Virus record (IMG/VR): IMGVR_UViG_3300042275_000327
Location: 32,001 to 96,000 of that record
Reading direction: 5' to 3' (one strand)
Source: a virus
Lineage: Duplodnaviria > Caudoviricetes
Length of the DNA stretch: 64,000 bases
Every line of letters starts with the position of its first letter. The first letter of the stretch is position 1. This document shows, in pieces, positions 29,375 to 39,549 of this stretch. Made by a program: the position numbers and the translations under genes. The notes beneath the pieces were generated by a model. It searched no databases. It was not told the origin of the DNA and worked only from the letters and a program-made list of their open reading frames with translations.

Positions 29375-30586
29375 TTAGACTTCAAAAGCAAAGTATTCAG
29401 TTTCAGAAAATCCTAACACTTCAGTATCTGAAAAAAGAATTGGAATAGGATCATCATAAGTATCATCTAATAAGTATCTCTCATATGTTCTATCATATAG
29501 ATGTTGAATTTCTGCTTTTTCAGCTTCAATTCCTAATTCAATATAAAAAAATCCAAAAGCACCAGAGAATGTTTCCATTCCTATAGAGTTCAATCCTGTA
29601 AAAGATGTTATTCCTTCAAAAGCAACAGAAAGTTCTCTATCTATATAGACATATACTTTTCCAGTTGAGTCACTTACAAGAGAAATCATATGAAATCTCT
29701 TATCAAAAATTGGAGCAGCAGCTAAAACAGAATATCCTGTAGAATCTATTAAATTCAACATTCCTAAATCATAATCAAGAATAATTCTGTTATTAGCACT
29801 TGAAGTATTTCCTAAAAGATCTTCTGTTCTGTTCGAAGGTCTTACCCAGAAAGTAATTGTCCAATCAGAAGAAGTGTTTAGATCAAAAGGAGTTATATCA
29901 ATAGAAGTCAGTGAACTGAATAGTAATGTTTTTATACCAGACAATGTTTCAAAAACTACAGGTCTTTTTGTAGCATCAGCTTGTCCAATTGTTTCTGTCT
30001 CAATCTGATTATGAATCAAAGAAATCTCATCCTCATCCCAAGTATTTCTTGCATCATCAGGATCCCACATCTGAGAAGGTCTAGCAGGATATCCTGGAAG
30101 ATCAAAGTCTCTAAGCCAACTTTGTGTATTTGCTAAATTTCCTTTCCAAGAATAAATTTTTGTCTCTACTGCAGTTGAATCATCTTCTTCATAAGTACTG
30201 GTTGTTCCATCTTCGAAAAAGATCTTTATAGAATTTGGAATTCCAAGTAGATGAGTCATCCATCCTTTTGTAGTATCTAATGTTCCATTGGTATCTATGA
30301 GAACTGAAGCACCATGTATAAAGCTATCTTCTGAAAGATCATATCCATAACTTTCTAAAAGAGCTTTTCCAAAGAGATAGAATTCTCCCCTTGTTTCTGC
30401 CGGTCTAAAATTTCCAGCAAGATTGAAGAAAGAGTATTCAATAGACTCTTTTATTCTTGAATAGAGATCTGCTTTTAAATTCAGACCAGAGATTTTCAAT
30501 GGAATTCCATTATCTCTATCTATCAGAAAAGCAGCATCATCAGCTATTGTTGTTATCTTATTATCTAATTGTGTTATTCTAGGCAT
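29375..30586 (-). CDS. Virion protein with LamG/concanavalin-like domain
   Basis: WTITFWVRP...FHMISLV...VYVYID; N-terminal RITQL anchor. Confidence 0.7.
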   Translation of the reverse strand: MPRITQLDNKITTIADDAAFLIDRDNGIPLKISGLNLKADLYSRIKESIEYSFFNLAGNFRPAETRGEFYLFGKALLESYGYDLSEDSFIHGASVLIDTNGTLDTTKGWMTHLLGIPNSIKIFFEDGTTSTYEEDDSTAVETKIYSWKGNLANTQSWLRDFDLPGYPARPSQMWDPDDARNTWDEDEISLIHNQIETETIGQADATKRPVVFETLSGIKTLLFSSLTSIDITPFDLNTSSDWTITFWVRPSNRTEDLLGNTSSANNRIILDYDLGMLNLIDSTGYSVLAAAPIFDKRFHMISLVSDSTGKVYVYIDRELSVAFEGITSFTGLNSIGMETFSGAFGFFYIELGIEAEKAEIQHLYDRTYERYLLDDTYDDPIPILFSDTEVLGFSETEYFAFEV

Positions 30587-30588
30587 CT

Positions 30589-30792
30589 TTATTCCTCTAC
30601 TTCAGTGGATGCATCAAAAGGATCAAAATACTGAAATAGATCTTCATATTGATTCTCATTCCAGAGTCTCTTTCCTTCTATAGTCTGGATTGATGGAAAG
30701 ACAATCTTCTCATCTAGAACTTTTGCTTCATCATATTCAGATAATCTTTTTGTTATTTTTGATGATACTCTCATCATGCTCATTACTTCCAT
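30589..30792 (-). CDS. Hypothetical protein
   Basis: Fills gap in operon, TAATG coupling. Confidence 0.55.
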   Translation of the reverse strand: MEVMSMMRVSSKITKRLSEYDEAKVLDEKIVFPSIQTIEGKRLWNENQYEDLFQYFDPFDASTEVEE

Positions 30793-31817
30793 TACAAATA
30801 CACCTCAGATATCTTGTTGTTCATATAATTAGAAATTCCATCATATCCTATAAAAATAGTTTCATACTGGAATAGATTCTCAAATTCAAATAAGTATTGT
30901 TGGTTTTGAAATCCTACAGCAATAGAGTCAGTTGTGAAGAACATAATAGGAGTATCACGATAGTTTTCTAATCCACAGAGAGAATACCTGAATTCTACTC
31001 CAGAATTCTTCCCTATCATTGCTCCCATATAATTAGGAAGAACAACAAGACTTGCATAATTGTCAGAATCCTTATAAAAAGAGATCAATACAGAAAGATC
31101 TACATCAGATAAATCAGCTGTCTGAAAACTTGGTTCTGATAAATAATCAATTGATCTATAATCACCAACTATTGATTCTGCATCTAATAGAAAAGTTTGC
31201 TCGTCATCTTCAAAGTTGTAAGAAAAATACCATCCATACAAAGAATCAAATTCTAATTTAATGGAGATAGCACCAACAAAATCAGCTCCGTAGGAAATTT
31301 CTTTTAATGGATCAATAGTATCTATATAAGTTCTGTATCGATTCATCCAAAGTGCTCTGTGTTCATCTGAGAGTAATCTGGAACTAATACTGGAATAAGG
31401 AAAATTTAAATAAGCTGGAGTTGAAATAGAATCAACAAATGGAAGAATTAAATTCTCTTTATAAAGACTAGGATTTTCACAGTCTGTACTGAATAAAAAG
31501 AATACTTCTGAAGTTTCTGTGACAGCTAGATGATAAGGCTCTTTTGCATACACTTTAGCATAAAAAGGAATATCAATAAATCCAGAATCACACTGAACAA
31601 TGTAGTCACCAGGACTCAAGATCAGAGATTGATCTTCAGTATCTCTTGGATATAAGAAAAGATTCTCATACCTTTTTCCTAAGAAAGAACTCTCTGAAAG
31701 AAAAGAAATTCTTCTAGAAAGTGGTCTTACAACAGAATTCCTTCTTATCAAAGTTGTAGAGATAAAATCTTCTCTTATAACTGAGGATATTTTAGACAAA
31801 TACTCTAGAGTAATCAC
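30792..31817 (-). CDS. Virion protein, paralog of C-terminal part of 32163-33452
   Basis: LSPGDYIVQC...FSTDCENPSLY vs LDSGTYVAQC...FSDDCQFPSIY. Confidence 0.6.
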   Translation of the reverse strand: MITLEYLSKISSVIREDFISTTLIRRNSVVRPLSRRISFLSESSFLGKRYENLFLYPRDTEDQSLILSPGDYIVQCDSGFIDIPFYAKVYAKEPYHLAVTETSEVFFLFSTDCENPSLYKENLILPFVDSISTPAYLNFPYSSISSRLLSDEHRALWMNRYRTYIDTIDPLKEISYGADFVGAISIKLEFDSLYGWYFSYNFEDDEQTFLLDAESIVGDYRSIDYLSEPSFQTADLSDVDLSVLISFYKDSDNYASLVVLPNYMGAMIGKNSGVEFRYSLCGLENYRDTPIMFFTTDSIAVGFQNQQYLFEFENLFQYETIFIGYDGISNYMNNKISEVYL

Positions 31818-32150
31818 TTAAATTCTCCAGTCAACTTCTAAGTCATTTGTACTCTCAGGTCTATTGACGATCTTTATTCCTCCACCATATTCAACTACAA
31901 AGTCTTCTGATGAAGAGAAATCAACTGAGTCAGCATCCAAATATTTGGCTAGATCTTCTTTTATCTTATCTGAATTTGCCTGAGTAACAGAAATCATATA
32001 ATAAGAAGTTCCTTCTGTTACAATTGATAAAGAAGCTGGTCTCGCTTTCATCAATAGATATAAAGTTGAACCAGGACTAACAACTTTTGATCCATGATCA
32101 TTGATTATCAAATTTTTTGTGTAATCATAATTTTCTAGTATTATTGCCAT
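31818..32150 (-). CDS. Hypothetical virion protein
   Basis: GAGGA RBS, operon fit. Confidence 0.6.
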   Translation of the reverse strand: MAIILENYDYTKNLIINDHGSKVVSPGSTLYLLMKARPASLSIVTEGTSYYMISVTQANSDKIKEDLAKYLDADSVDFSSSEDFVVEYGGGIKIVNRPESTNDLEVDWRI

Positions 32151-32162
32151 TTATTCTTTTCC

Positions 32163-33452
32163 TCACATATAGATCTGACTTATGAAGTCATTAAGATATC
32201 TTTCTGGTTCATATCCAATATATATCTCCTTGTTTAAAAAGAGAGTATCTAATAAAATAGTTCTTTCTTGGCATAAAACAGAAATTTCTGTTTCAGAAAT
32301 ACTGATACTAAAAGGAATAATGGAAAACTCTGGAATTCCAAAAGACTCTATTGTTGTCTCTGTTCCTACTTTCTGAGTAAGAACTAACTCTTTAAAAGAC
32401 TTCATCTTAAACTCTACATAGTTTCCTGTGGCATCCTCAGTATAGAACAGTGGTCTGAATTCTTCTTCATCAAAGTCAGTAACCACAGGAACATATCCTT
32501 CTTGATACTCATAATCATCAGTCAGTGCCAATAAGAATCCATATTTATAATTGTCTGTAAACTCTGTATGTAACTCAAAATTAAGAACCCCAGGAGTAAG
32601 ATATCTCTGTATATAGTATTCTTCTCTCTTATCAAATACATAAGGATGAAAATAATAAGAGTTATAGATAGAGGGAAATTGACAATCATCAGAAAAATCT
32701 ATAGAGATCTCTGTTTCTTTAGATAGAGTGAACCTTACAGGAGTGGTTGGAGTGACAGAATATTCTAAGAATGAGAAAGAGCCAAAAGCACATTGTGCAA
32801 CATAAGTCCCAGAATCTAGAGTGACAGAAAAGTCTGTTGGATTCAATGAATTATGAAGCATATTAGTATAAGATTCAGAAATATATTCATCTGATTCTTC
32901 TTTTGATACTAGATAATTCAAATCAGAGTTCTCTTCTTTATAAGAATCATAAGCATCATGAATCACATACTCTTCTAGATATTTTATTATCTTATTTGTG
33001 AGTTTACCATGATATGGTGCAAGATATTGTTTCTTCCATACAAGTCCTATCTCAAACTTGCCAAAAGAATCTGTCACTTGAAACAAATAAGGGATCTTAT
33101 TATTTTTCTCATCTTCTAAAAAGAAGAATAGAAAATCATTTTTCTCTATATGGTCTTCTAATTTGGTATAAGCTTCTATTGGTAGAATCTCATAGAAGTA
33201 TGTTCTTGTCTCTGTTACTTCAGACTGAAATCCTAGTCTGTATCTTTCTAATGGCATCTCAGCTGGAAATCTGATGATAGCATCCAGAATAGAATCAGAA
33301 ATAGAATCTTCTATTCTTACATCTTGGTAGATGTCTTCAGTAAAGGAGATTCTTACTGCTTTCATTTCCTGTCCTAAGATAGAGACATTGAAGTCAAATA
33401 GTCTTCTTTTGGCTTTTAGAGAAGCTCTTGAAATGGATTCATATACACTCAT
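32163..33452 (-). CDS. Probable neck/head-closure protein (gp14-like N-terminus) with C-terminal extension
   Basis: First gene after a late promoter; position after head genes; weak motif resemblance only. Confidence 0.4.
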   Translation of the reverse strand: MSVYESISRASLKAKRRLFDFNVSILGQEMKAVRISFTEDIYQDVRIEDSISDSILDAIIRFPAEMPLERYRLGFQSEVTETRTYFYEILPIEAYTKLEDHIEKNDFLFFFLEDEKNNKIPYLFQVTDSFGKFEIGLVWKKQYLAPYHGKLTNKIIKYLEEYVIHDAYDSYKEENSDLNYLVSKEESDEYISESYTNMLHNSLNPTDFSVTLDSGTYVAQCAFGSFSFLEYSVTPTTPVRFTLSKETEISIDFSDDCQFPSIYNSYYFHPYVFDKREEYYIQRYLTPGVLNFELHTEFTDNYKYGFLLALTDDYEYQEGYVPVVTDFDEEEFRPLFYTEDATGNYVEFKMKSFKELVLTQKVGTETTIESFGIPEFSIIPFSISISETEISVLCQERTILLDTLFLNKEIYIGYEPERYLNDFISQIYM

Positions 33453-33464
33453 AGTATAATAGTT
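33452..33464 (-). promoter_or_regulatory. Late promoter motif copy
   Basis: Minus strand AACTATTATACTA, last base overlapping the ATG. Confidence 0.6.
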
Positions 33465-33481
33465 CTCTTTTTGATCATAAA

Positions 33482-33526
33482 GAAAAAGTCCTTGAGAAAA
33501 TCTGTAGTAATCTCAAAGACTTTTTC
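33482..33526. terminator. Probable bidirectional intrinsic terminator
   Basis: GAAAAAGTCCTTGAGA ... TCTCAAAGACTTTTTC inverted repeat. Confidence 0.65.
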
Positions 33527-33544
33527 ATTTCATTTTGTTCTAAC

Positions 33545-33778
33545 TCAGAACAGAGAAGACAATAGATATAAGTCCTCTTCTCCAAACCAAGATCCAAACC
33601 AATCATCCTCTTGAGGAGTTCTGAATCTCTCAACAAACTCTTCAGGATCTACAATATCTAAATCGGAAAATAGGAGGATTTCTTCAATTGGTCCTTTATA
33701 GGAAATGACTTCATTCTTCACTTCATAAAAACCAACATCAAATCCAGAAACTATTTTCATAGAATTACAACCATCCAT
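33545..33778 (-). CDS. Hypothetical protein
   Basis: Small acidic ORF after protease; start uncertain (MKIVSG likely). Confidence 0.5.
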   Translation of the reverse strand: MDGCNSMKIVSGFDVGFYEVKNEVISYKGPIEEILLFSDLDIVDPEEFVERFRTPQEDDWFGSWFGEEDLYLLSSLF

Positions 33779-35480
33779 CTTTTATTGGAAGTGATTTTGT
33801 AGTCTCAACTTCTCTTTTCTTTCTAGGACTAAATTTCCTATCATAAGCAGATTCCGAAATTTCATAAAGAGGCTTGAGTCTCAGATGAGTTCTTTGTGCT
33901 TCCATGAGAGTTCTACATTTCAGAATGTCATTCTTGATTACAATCACAGATGGATTGGAGTACTCAAGATTTTCATAATATCTTAGAACCTCTTTATTAG
34001 CACTTTCCTCTATACTTTCCTCTTCAGTTTCTTCTTCCTCTTCTTGGACATCTTCTTCTACTCTTGAAGTAAGATCTTCAGTTGCCTTTTCAGACAGTTT
34101 AGATTTAAGTTCGATCACCTCTCTTTCTAAAAGTTCTTTTTCATTTTCAACTTTCTCCAGATAAACCTGAGCTTCTCTATATTCAGAAGCAGTTACCATT
34201 CCATTCTTTTCAGCCTGAACAAGATCGTACATCTCTTTCAGCTTCTTAGAATAGACCTTGAGTGAATCTAAAAGTTCTAGTGAGTCATTGAGTTTTTCTT
34301 CAAGTCCCTCCTTTTCTCTCTTGATTGATTCAATTTCTTCTTTTATGGTTTCGAGTTCATTAGGTTTTGATTCTTTTAAAACTTCTTCTTTTGTAATCTC
34401 TTCTTCAATCTCTTTCTTGAGATCTTCTGCAAATCCTTCTTCAAAATAAGAAAGGAGTTCTTTATACTGATCGATTCTTTCTTCCTGGCTTTCAAGAGTC
34501 TTAGCTCTATTGAAAGAAGACACCATGTTCAATCTAAAAGACTTAGACAGGAAAGACTCTTTCTTCTTTTCATCTTTATCTTTCTTATCTTCTTTCTCTG
34601 AAGGATTATTTACTTTCTTTTTACAAGAAGGACAATATCCAGTATTGACTAAGACTTTTCCACCACAATCAGGACACTTGAAGGTATCTGTTCCTTCTTC
34701 CTTTTTGTCCTCATCATCTTCTTCTGGTTCATCTTTCTTATCATCCTCAGATTCTTCTTTCTTGTCTTCGGAGTCATCCTTTTCTTTTTCTTCAGGGTCT
34801 TCTTTCTTATCTTCTGGCTCTTCTTCACAAGCTTTCTTCTTTTCTTCTAAATCTTCTAGATCATTATCTATCTCTTCATTAATTTTCATAGTATCTTCCT
34901 TTATTTCAGACTCCTCTTGATTTATGATATCCTCTTGAGAACCATATACTTCATATGATGGATTAAATACAAAATCAGCAACTCTTTCAAGCTCATAAGA
35001 ATCAGGATTGATAGTCTTTTTGTCTTCAAGAAATTCTCCAAAACCAGAAGTAGAAAGACCTACCTTTCCCCCAGCTTCAAGAATTTCTTTTACCATTTCA
35101 CCATGATCACCAATAAGATAAGCATCTGCAATTACCATGTCTTTTGATTCATTGAATCTAAGATTTCTCCATACACACCAAATGTCTTTTGTTGATCCTT
35201 CTTCTTGAGGATGATCCATCAATCCAAAAGTTGAAGAATCCTTCAATCTAGATACAGAATTCTTCCAAAGCTTTTCATTATACACTCGACCATTGAGGTT
35301 TTCTTTTCCAGGTCTGGATATAGGAAAAGTGTAAATTGCTTTTGCTTTGTATTCTACTTTTGGTTCACCTTTTTTCTCAACAAATACAGTTTGATCTGAT
35401 TCGTTTAAAAAATTAGATTCTTTATATTCGTTAGGTCCAATAATAGCAGTTTCAACTAGTCTTATCTTCATGAGCTTCAA
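33765..35480 (-). CDS. Prohead protease (gp21-like) fused to scaffold, with internal zinc ribbon
   Basis: NLNGRVY, GLMDHP, VGLSTSGFG, DFVFNPS; CPDC...CPSC; acidic coiled coil. Confidence 0.9.
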   Translation of the reverse strand: MKLMKIRLVETAIIGPNEYKESNFLNESDQTVFVEKKGEPKVEYKAKAIYTFPISRPGKENLNGRVYNEKLWKNSVSRLKDSSTFGLMDHPQEEGSTKDIWCVWRNLRFNESKDMVIADAYLIGDHGEMVKEILEAGGKVGLSTSGFGEFLEDKKTINPDSYELERVADFVFNPSYEVYGSQEDIINQEESEIKEDTMKINEEIDNDLEDLEEKKKACEEEPEDKKEDPEEKEKDDSEDKKEESEDDKKDEPEEDDEDKKEEGTDTFKCPDCGGKVLVNTGYCPSCKKKVNNPSEKEDKKDKDEKKKESFLSKSFRLNMVSSFNRAKTLESQEERIDQYKELLSYFEEGFAEDLKKEIEEEITKEEVLKESKPNELETIKEEIESIKREKEGLEEKLNDSLELLDSLKVYSKKLKEMYDLVQAEKNGMVTASEYREAQVYLEKVENEKELLEREVIELKSKLSEKATEDLTSRVEEDVQEEEEETEEESIEESANKEVLRYYENLEYSNPSVIVIKNDILKCRTLMEAQRTHLRLKPLYEISESAYDRKFSPRKKREVETTKSLPIKDGWL

Positions 35481-35504
35481 ATACTCCTCATAAATATTCT
35501 TTTA

Positions 35505-35517
35505 TAATATAATAGTT
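35505..35517 (-). promoter_or_regulatory. Late promoter motif copy
   Basis: Minus strand AACTATTATATTA. Confidence 0.65.
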
Positions 35518-35545
35518 ATCACAAATTCTAAAAAGTTTTTTATCA

Positions 35546-37288
35546 TCATCCATTTATGACATTTTCCTTTTCAATGAATCTGAACATCTTATAAATTGGG
35601 ATATACTCATTCTGAATATATCTGCTACTTGATGTAAAATAGTGCCTTCCATTAGAGGTGCATTCTTTAATATCAAACTTTCTCAAAGATTCAAAATATG
35701 CTGAATTAACAATTGACTCATCAATCTTAGTTGTGTTCTCATAGAACTTGTTCTGACTTTCTTCAGGACTTTCCATTTGCTTTGCTAGAGCGTCAACAAT
35801 ATCATTCAGTATTTCTGGCTCTAAGAATGAGAATTTTGAGAAAAGATCTTTCACTACTTTTGGAGGAAGCTCTGCATCTCTCAATCCAAGAGCAGTCTTA
35901 ATATTGTCTATTATGTCATTAGCTAATCTTAGAGAATCTTGTTTCATTCTTTGTCTGTCTGAAGCTTCTTCTACAACAGGAAAATTCAGAGATAACTGGA
36001 ACTCAGTCATTTCTTTTTCAAATTGTCCAGTCATCAAGAAATGCATTCTTACTAGATGTGTCAGTCCTTTGAGGATTGCACTCTGAACTGTATATACAGA
36101 TCTTCCAAAAGGTTTGGACTGCTGAAGAAGAGACTGTCCAGAAGTTCCCCATCCACCTGATCTATCAGCAATTAGATATCCTTTTGGAATCTTAGTTCCC
36201 ATGATGAAGTTTTCTCTCAGAAGTTCTACGTCTGCAATATTTTCTACATTGACATTTGATTCAATTGTATCATGGCTCAATAGATCATCTGGTAACCAAA
36301 GTTGATCTCCAATAGCAAAATCATCTTTTGCCCTATTGAGAATTCCAGAATTCTGATATTCTATCTTAGCTTCATTAACTGCTTGCCATTTTTCTACTGC
36401 AGTCATCTCATCAGAGGTCTTTACAGTGAAAACTTCTGTTGGAAAAGAGAGAGCTCTAGTGATAGCCATAAGGCTCATTGAGGTTTTTAATTGTCTGTAT
36501 GGACCAATAAGATTAATTAGAAGAGGTCTTCCAAAAGGAAAGAATTCAGATTTTCTAGATTCTAATCGATAGTGGTTTATTTGCCAAGGATATACAAAAG
36601 AATCAGATCCTAAAATGAATCCAAAAAGGTAAGAGACATAACTCTTTGAATAGTCATAGTCTTTTTCATCCTTAATCTCTTTTATGAAATTCTCAATAGA
36701 GGATGTCTTTGTGAAAGAGAATCGCTTCTTATTTTCATATGATTTTTTTATTTCAGATAGCTTAAATTCTAGTCTATCTGTAACATCTCTTACATGAATA
36801 GGAGTTACTGAGATGATTCCTTTCTTGTCATCAAGTTCATTGACATCAAAAGAATCTCCATAAGCAACAAGATTGTAAGCAGTTTCTCTAACATATTCCT
36901 GGTCAATCTCCCACTGATCAAACAGAGCTTTGATCTCTTGTTCAACCTTTGGATTTTTTGCCTTTATTCCAATGAGATTAAACTGATCATCAGACTGAGC
37001 CACTTCATCTGCATACAGGTCAACAGAGAATGAAGCTAGAGGCTCATTATAAATCATATATTCTATGTCTTCATATCTTGCTTCTCTGTTCTTCAGAGTC
37101 TCAAGACGATCATTTGTTTCTTTTAGATACCAATCCCAAAGCTTTTTTGCTTTTGGAGGAAGACTGATTCCTTTTCCTGTCTCTTTGTCAACAGGATCTA
37201 TATCAACTTTTCCTATAACCTCTGAACTCTTTTTTGTACTGTAACCAAAGAAAGTTTGTAACCTTTTGGTCAATGATGATTCTGCCAT
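35546..37288 (-). CDS. Portal protein (gp20-like)
   Basis: LVAYGDSF, PFGRPLL...YRQL, IADVELL...KIPKGYL motifs; upstream of protease. Confidence 0.9.
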   Translation of the reverse strand: MAESSLTKRLQTFFGYSTKKSSEVIGKVDIDPVDKETGKGISLPPKAKKLWDWYLKETNDRLETLKNREARYEDIEYMIYNEPLASFSVDLYADEVAQSDDQFNLIGIKAKNPKVEQEIKALFDQWEIDQEYVRETAYNLVAYGDSFDVNELDDKKGIISVTPIHVRDVTDRLEFKLSEIKKSYENKKRFSFTKTSSIENFIKEIKDEKDYDYSKSYVSYLFGFILGSDSFVYPWQINHYRLESRKSEFFPFGRPLLINLIGPYRQLKTSMSLMAITRALSFPTEVFTVKTSDEMTAVEKWQAVNEAKIEYQNSGILNRAKDDFAIGDQLWLPDDLLSHDTIESNVNVENIADVELLRENFIMGTKIPKGYLIADRSGGWGTSGQSLLQQSKPFGRSVYTVQSAILKGLTHLVRMHFLMTGQFEKEMTEFQLSLNFPVVEEASDRQRMKQDSLRLANDIIDNIKTALGLRDAELPPKVVKDLFSKFSFLEPEILNDIVDALAKQMESPEESQNKFYENTTKIDESIVNSAYFESLRKFDIKECTSNGRHYFTSSSRYIQNEYIPIYKMFRFIEKENVING

Positions 37289-37297
37289 GTCTTTTCC

Positions 37298-37504
37298 TTA
37301 GAAGAAGTGTTTCTTTTTAGATGGTGATTTGTTGAAATTAAGATTAGATTCTTGTCCCCACTGAAATGGAATATGAAAAGCTGTTGTCCATACTCTGAAA
37401 AAAGTCTTTCCATCCTCTTCAATCTTAGATGGAATATCTTCTTTGATAGAAAGTTCTAATTCTTTTTCTTCACCTGTTTCTTCACATTTATATCTATAGA
37501 TCAT
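37298..37504 (-). CDS. FmdB-like ribbon protein (degenerate)
   Basis: MIYRYKCEETG...RVW; likely start at 37504. Confidence 0.55.
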   Translation of the reverse strand: MIYRYKCEETGEEKELELSIKEDIPSKIEEDGKTFFRVWTTAFHIPFQWGQESNLNFNKSPSKKKHFF

Positions 37505-37676
37505 AAAAATATTCCTCGTCATCATCTTCATACATGTCCATAACTTCCATTACTGCTCTAATTACTTGAGAATCAGAAGGAAGTCTCAGTATCTGTCCCT
37601 TTTTCATTATTACAGGAATATCAGGGATAAGAGTATCTTCTTCAAATGTAACTGAATTTAGATCTTTATTGTACAA
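37494..37676 (-). CDS. Small acidic protein with EKGDKI-like motif
   Basis: VTFEEDTLIPDIPVIMKKGQILRL; GAGGA RBS, TTG start. Confidence 0.6.
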   Translation of the reverse strand: MYNKDLNSVTFEEDTLIPDIPVIMKKGQILRLPSDSQVIRAVMEVMDMYEDDDEEYFYDL

Positions 37677-37689
37677 TTTAGTTTTCCTC

Positions 37690-37702
37690 TAATTAAATAG
37701 TT
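37690..37702 (-). promoter_or_regulatory. Late promoter motif copy (portal operon)
   Basis: Minus strand AACTATTTAATTA. Confidence 0.65.
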
Positions 37703-37988
37703 ACAGAAGAGTCTTTAAATCTTTCTCCCAAATCCAAATGGTTCTATCTGATCCATTAGCAATCTCTTGAGCTATCTGAAGATATGTCATACTTCTGAAG
37801 GAGTGAGGATCTTGGAAGTTGTCTTTAGCTTTTAGTTTCTTCAAAATAGCTGCAAATTCTTCTACAGATCCATAGATAGACTTAAAACTTCCTTTTCCCC
37901 AATTAAGAGTCCATCCTCTAGATCCATTATAAAGAACCTCTACTTGAATTAGTTTTCTTGATTCTAAAAAATTTTCAATCTTTCTCAT
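37701..37988 (-). CDS. Hypothetical, possible internal head protein
   Basis: Leader MRKIENFLE-S; ATGA coupling. Confidence 0.6.
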   Translation of the reverse strand: MRKIENFLESRKLIQVEVLYNGSRGWTLNWGKGSFKSIYGSVEEFAAILKKLKAKDNFQDPHSFRSMTYLQIAQEIANGSDRTIWIWEKDLKTLL

Positions 37989-38233
37989 TTTTTATCCTTT
38001 AAAAATGATTTAAGTCTCTCTAATTCTTCTTCTGAAAAATTGATTGACTCTAAGCTCTCATCAGAAAAATCAATTTTTCCTTCTGAGTTTTCCAAAACAA
38101 TTTCTTTTCTATTTTCATCATCCTCATCAGTTTCTAAGAACCAAGTCTCTCTAGCTGGATCATGAAACACTGAGAATCCTTCATATTCAAATTCTACAAG
38201 TTCTTCATTAAAAATAGAAATATCTTCATTCAT
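37985..38233 (-). CDS. Hypothetical acidic protein
   Basis: ATGA coupling both sides. Confidence 0.6.
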   Translation of the reverse strand: MNEDISIFNEELVEFEYEGFSVFHDPARETWFLETDEDDENRKEIVLENSEGKIDFSDESLESINFSEEELERLKSFLKDKK

Positions 38234-39546
38234 TTATATACACCTGTGACTGCGTGAAACAGCTTTCTTGCTACCTCTGGTACATCATATCCCATAAGAA
38301 TATAACTGAATAATTCTGGGAAACCTTCAAATGCACCCTTCATCTTAGCATATCCAGTAACAACTGCCATTCCCAAAACCTGTCCTTCTATTGCCTTGAA
38401 TTTCTCATAGAGAACTTGATAATTCTTATTCTCTAGGATTTCTTTCCCTTCCTCATAAGAAAAATAGAAGTCTATAGTATCCAATGTCTCATTGTAAATA
38501 AGCAATTCATAGATAAACCTTGTTTCATTATCAGAAATAAAAGAGTCCAATAATCCATTGTTAAAAATCTTATCAATATCACTTGCTCTCTTTGGTTTAT
38601 TCCTATCCAAAGCCTGTGTATAAGCATTAAACAAAAGGGAGACATGGTTCTTCTCAACTTTCAACTTACTATCAAAGAAAGTCTTGAAAAAGAAAGATTG
38701 TTTTTCATCCTCCATCAAATCCCAATATTTATGACCAAACTCATGAATAAGTGATCTAGCAGTTTCCTCAACATCCTTAACACTATAAGGTGAAGATAAT
38801 AGAATAGTATTCTGCCTTAACCCTTCCCATCTGCCACCATAATCAAAATTTGATTTCAACTCAACATTGATAATTGTACCATTAAGAATAAATGAAAACT
38901 TTGATTTTCTTAGTATTGATAAAGCTTTCTCTATAGCAAGTCTTGAAAGTTGTACCCTTTTCTTTATTACCTCAGGGTCTTGATGTTCATCAGACCTCCA
39001 AGAAACAGATACTCCCTGAATCTTATCAGTGACAGGCTTATAATAATCAGGAGCAACTCCCTGATAAAAGGTGGAATCAAAGTACAGATAAAGTTCTTTA
39101 AAAGCATTCTTTCTCAATCTATTGTATTTCTGATAAGTGCTACTGAGATTATCTTTCCAGTTATTCAACAATATGTTCTGACCTTCTAGAGGATATTTTG
39201 AGATATCTGTACTTGACCTATAGTCAACATTATATTGCTGAGATAAAGGATAAGCCTGAGATGAACTCATGGGAAGAAACAGATAGTTCTGAATGAATAC
39301 AATAAATTCTTGTACAGCAATCCTTGCCTTATTCTCTGAATCATCATTGCTATTCTTATTCATAAGACTCTTAAAAACAAAAGCGTCAAAGTCGTTAGAC
39401 CAGTCTATATAAGACCTCCTGATCAATAGGAAATCCTTTACTGTTTTTATTCTCCTGAGATTCTTTGATAAGTTAGTTGCATCCTTATCAAATCTTTCAA
39501 TATTTCTTCTCTGTATTACTTCTTTCAATCTAATTATTCGTTTCAT
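38230..39546 (-). CDS. Zincin metallopeptidase (HExxH), probable virion-packaged effector
   Basis: SLIHEFGH; distal YAK...EGFPELF; leader MKRIIRLKE. Confidence 0.7.
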   Translation of the reverse strand: MKRIIRLKEVIQRRNIERFDKDATNLSKNLRRIKTVKDFLLIRRSYIDWSNDFDAFVFKSLMNKNSNDDSENKARIAVQEFIVFIQNYLFLPMSSSQAYPLSQQYNVDYRSSTDISKYPLEGQNILLNNWKDNLSSTYQKYNRLRKNAFKELYLYFDSTFYQGVAPDYYKPVTDKIQGVSVSWRSDEHQDPEVIKKRVQLSRLAIEKALSILRKSKFSFILNGTIINVELKSNFDYGGRWEGLRQNTILLSSPYSVKDVEETARSLIHEFGHKYWDLMEDEKQSFFFKTFFDSKLKVEKNHVSLLFNAYTQALDRNKPKRASDIDKIFNNGLLDSFISDNETRFIYELLIYNETLDTIDFYFSYEEGKEILENKNYQVLYEKFKAIEGQVLGMAVVTGYAKMKGAFEGFPELFSYILMGYDVPEVARKLFHAVTGVYK

Positions 39547-39549
39547 TAC

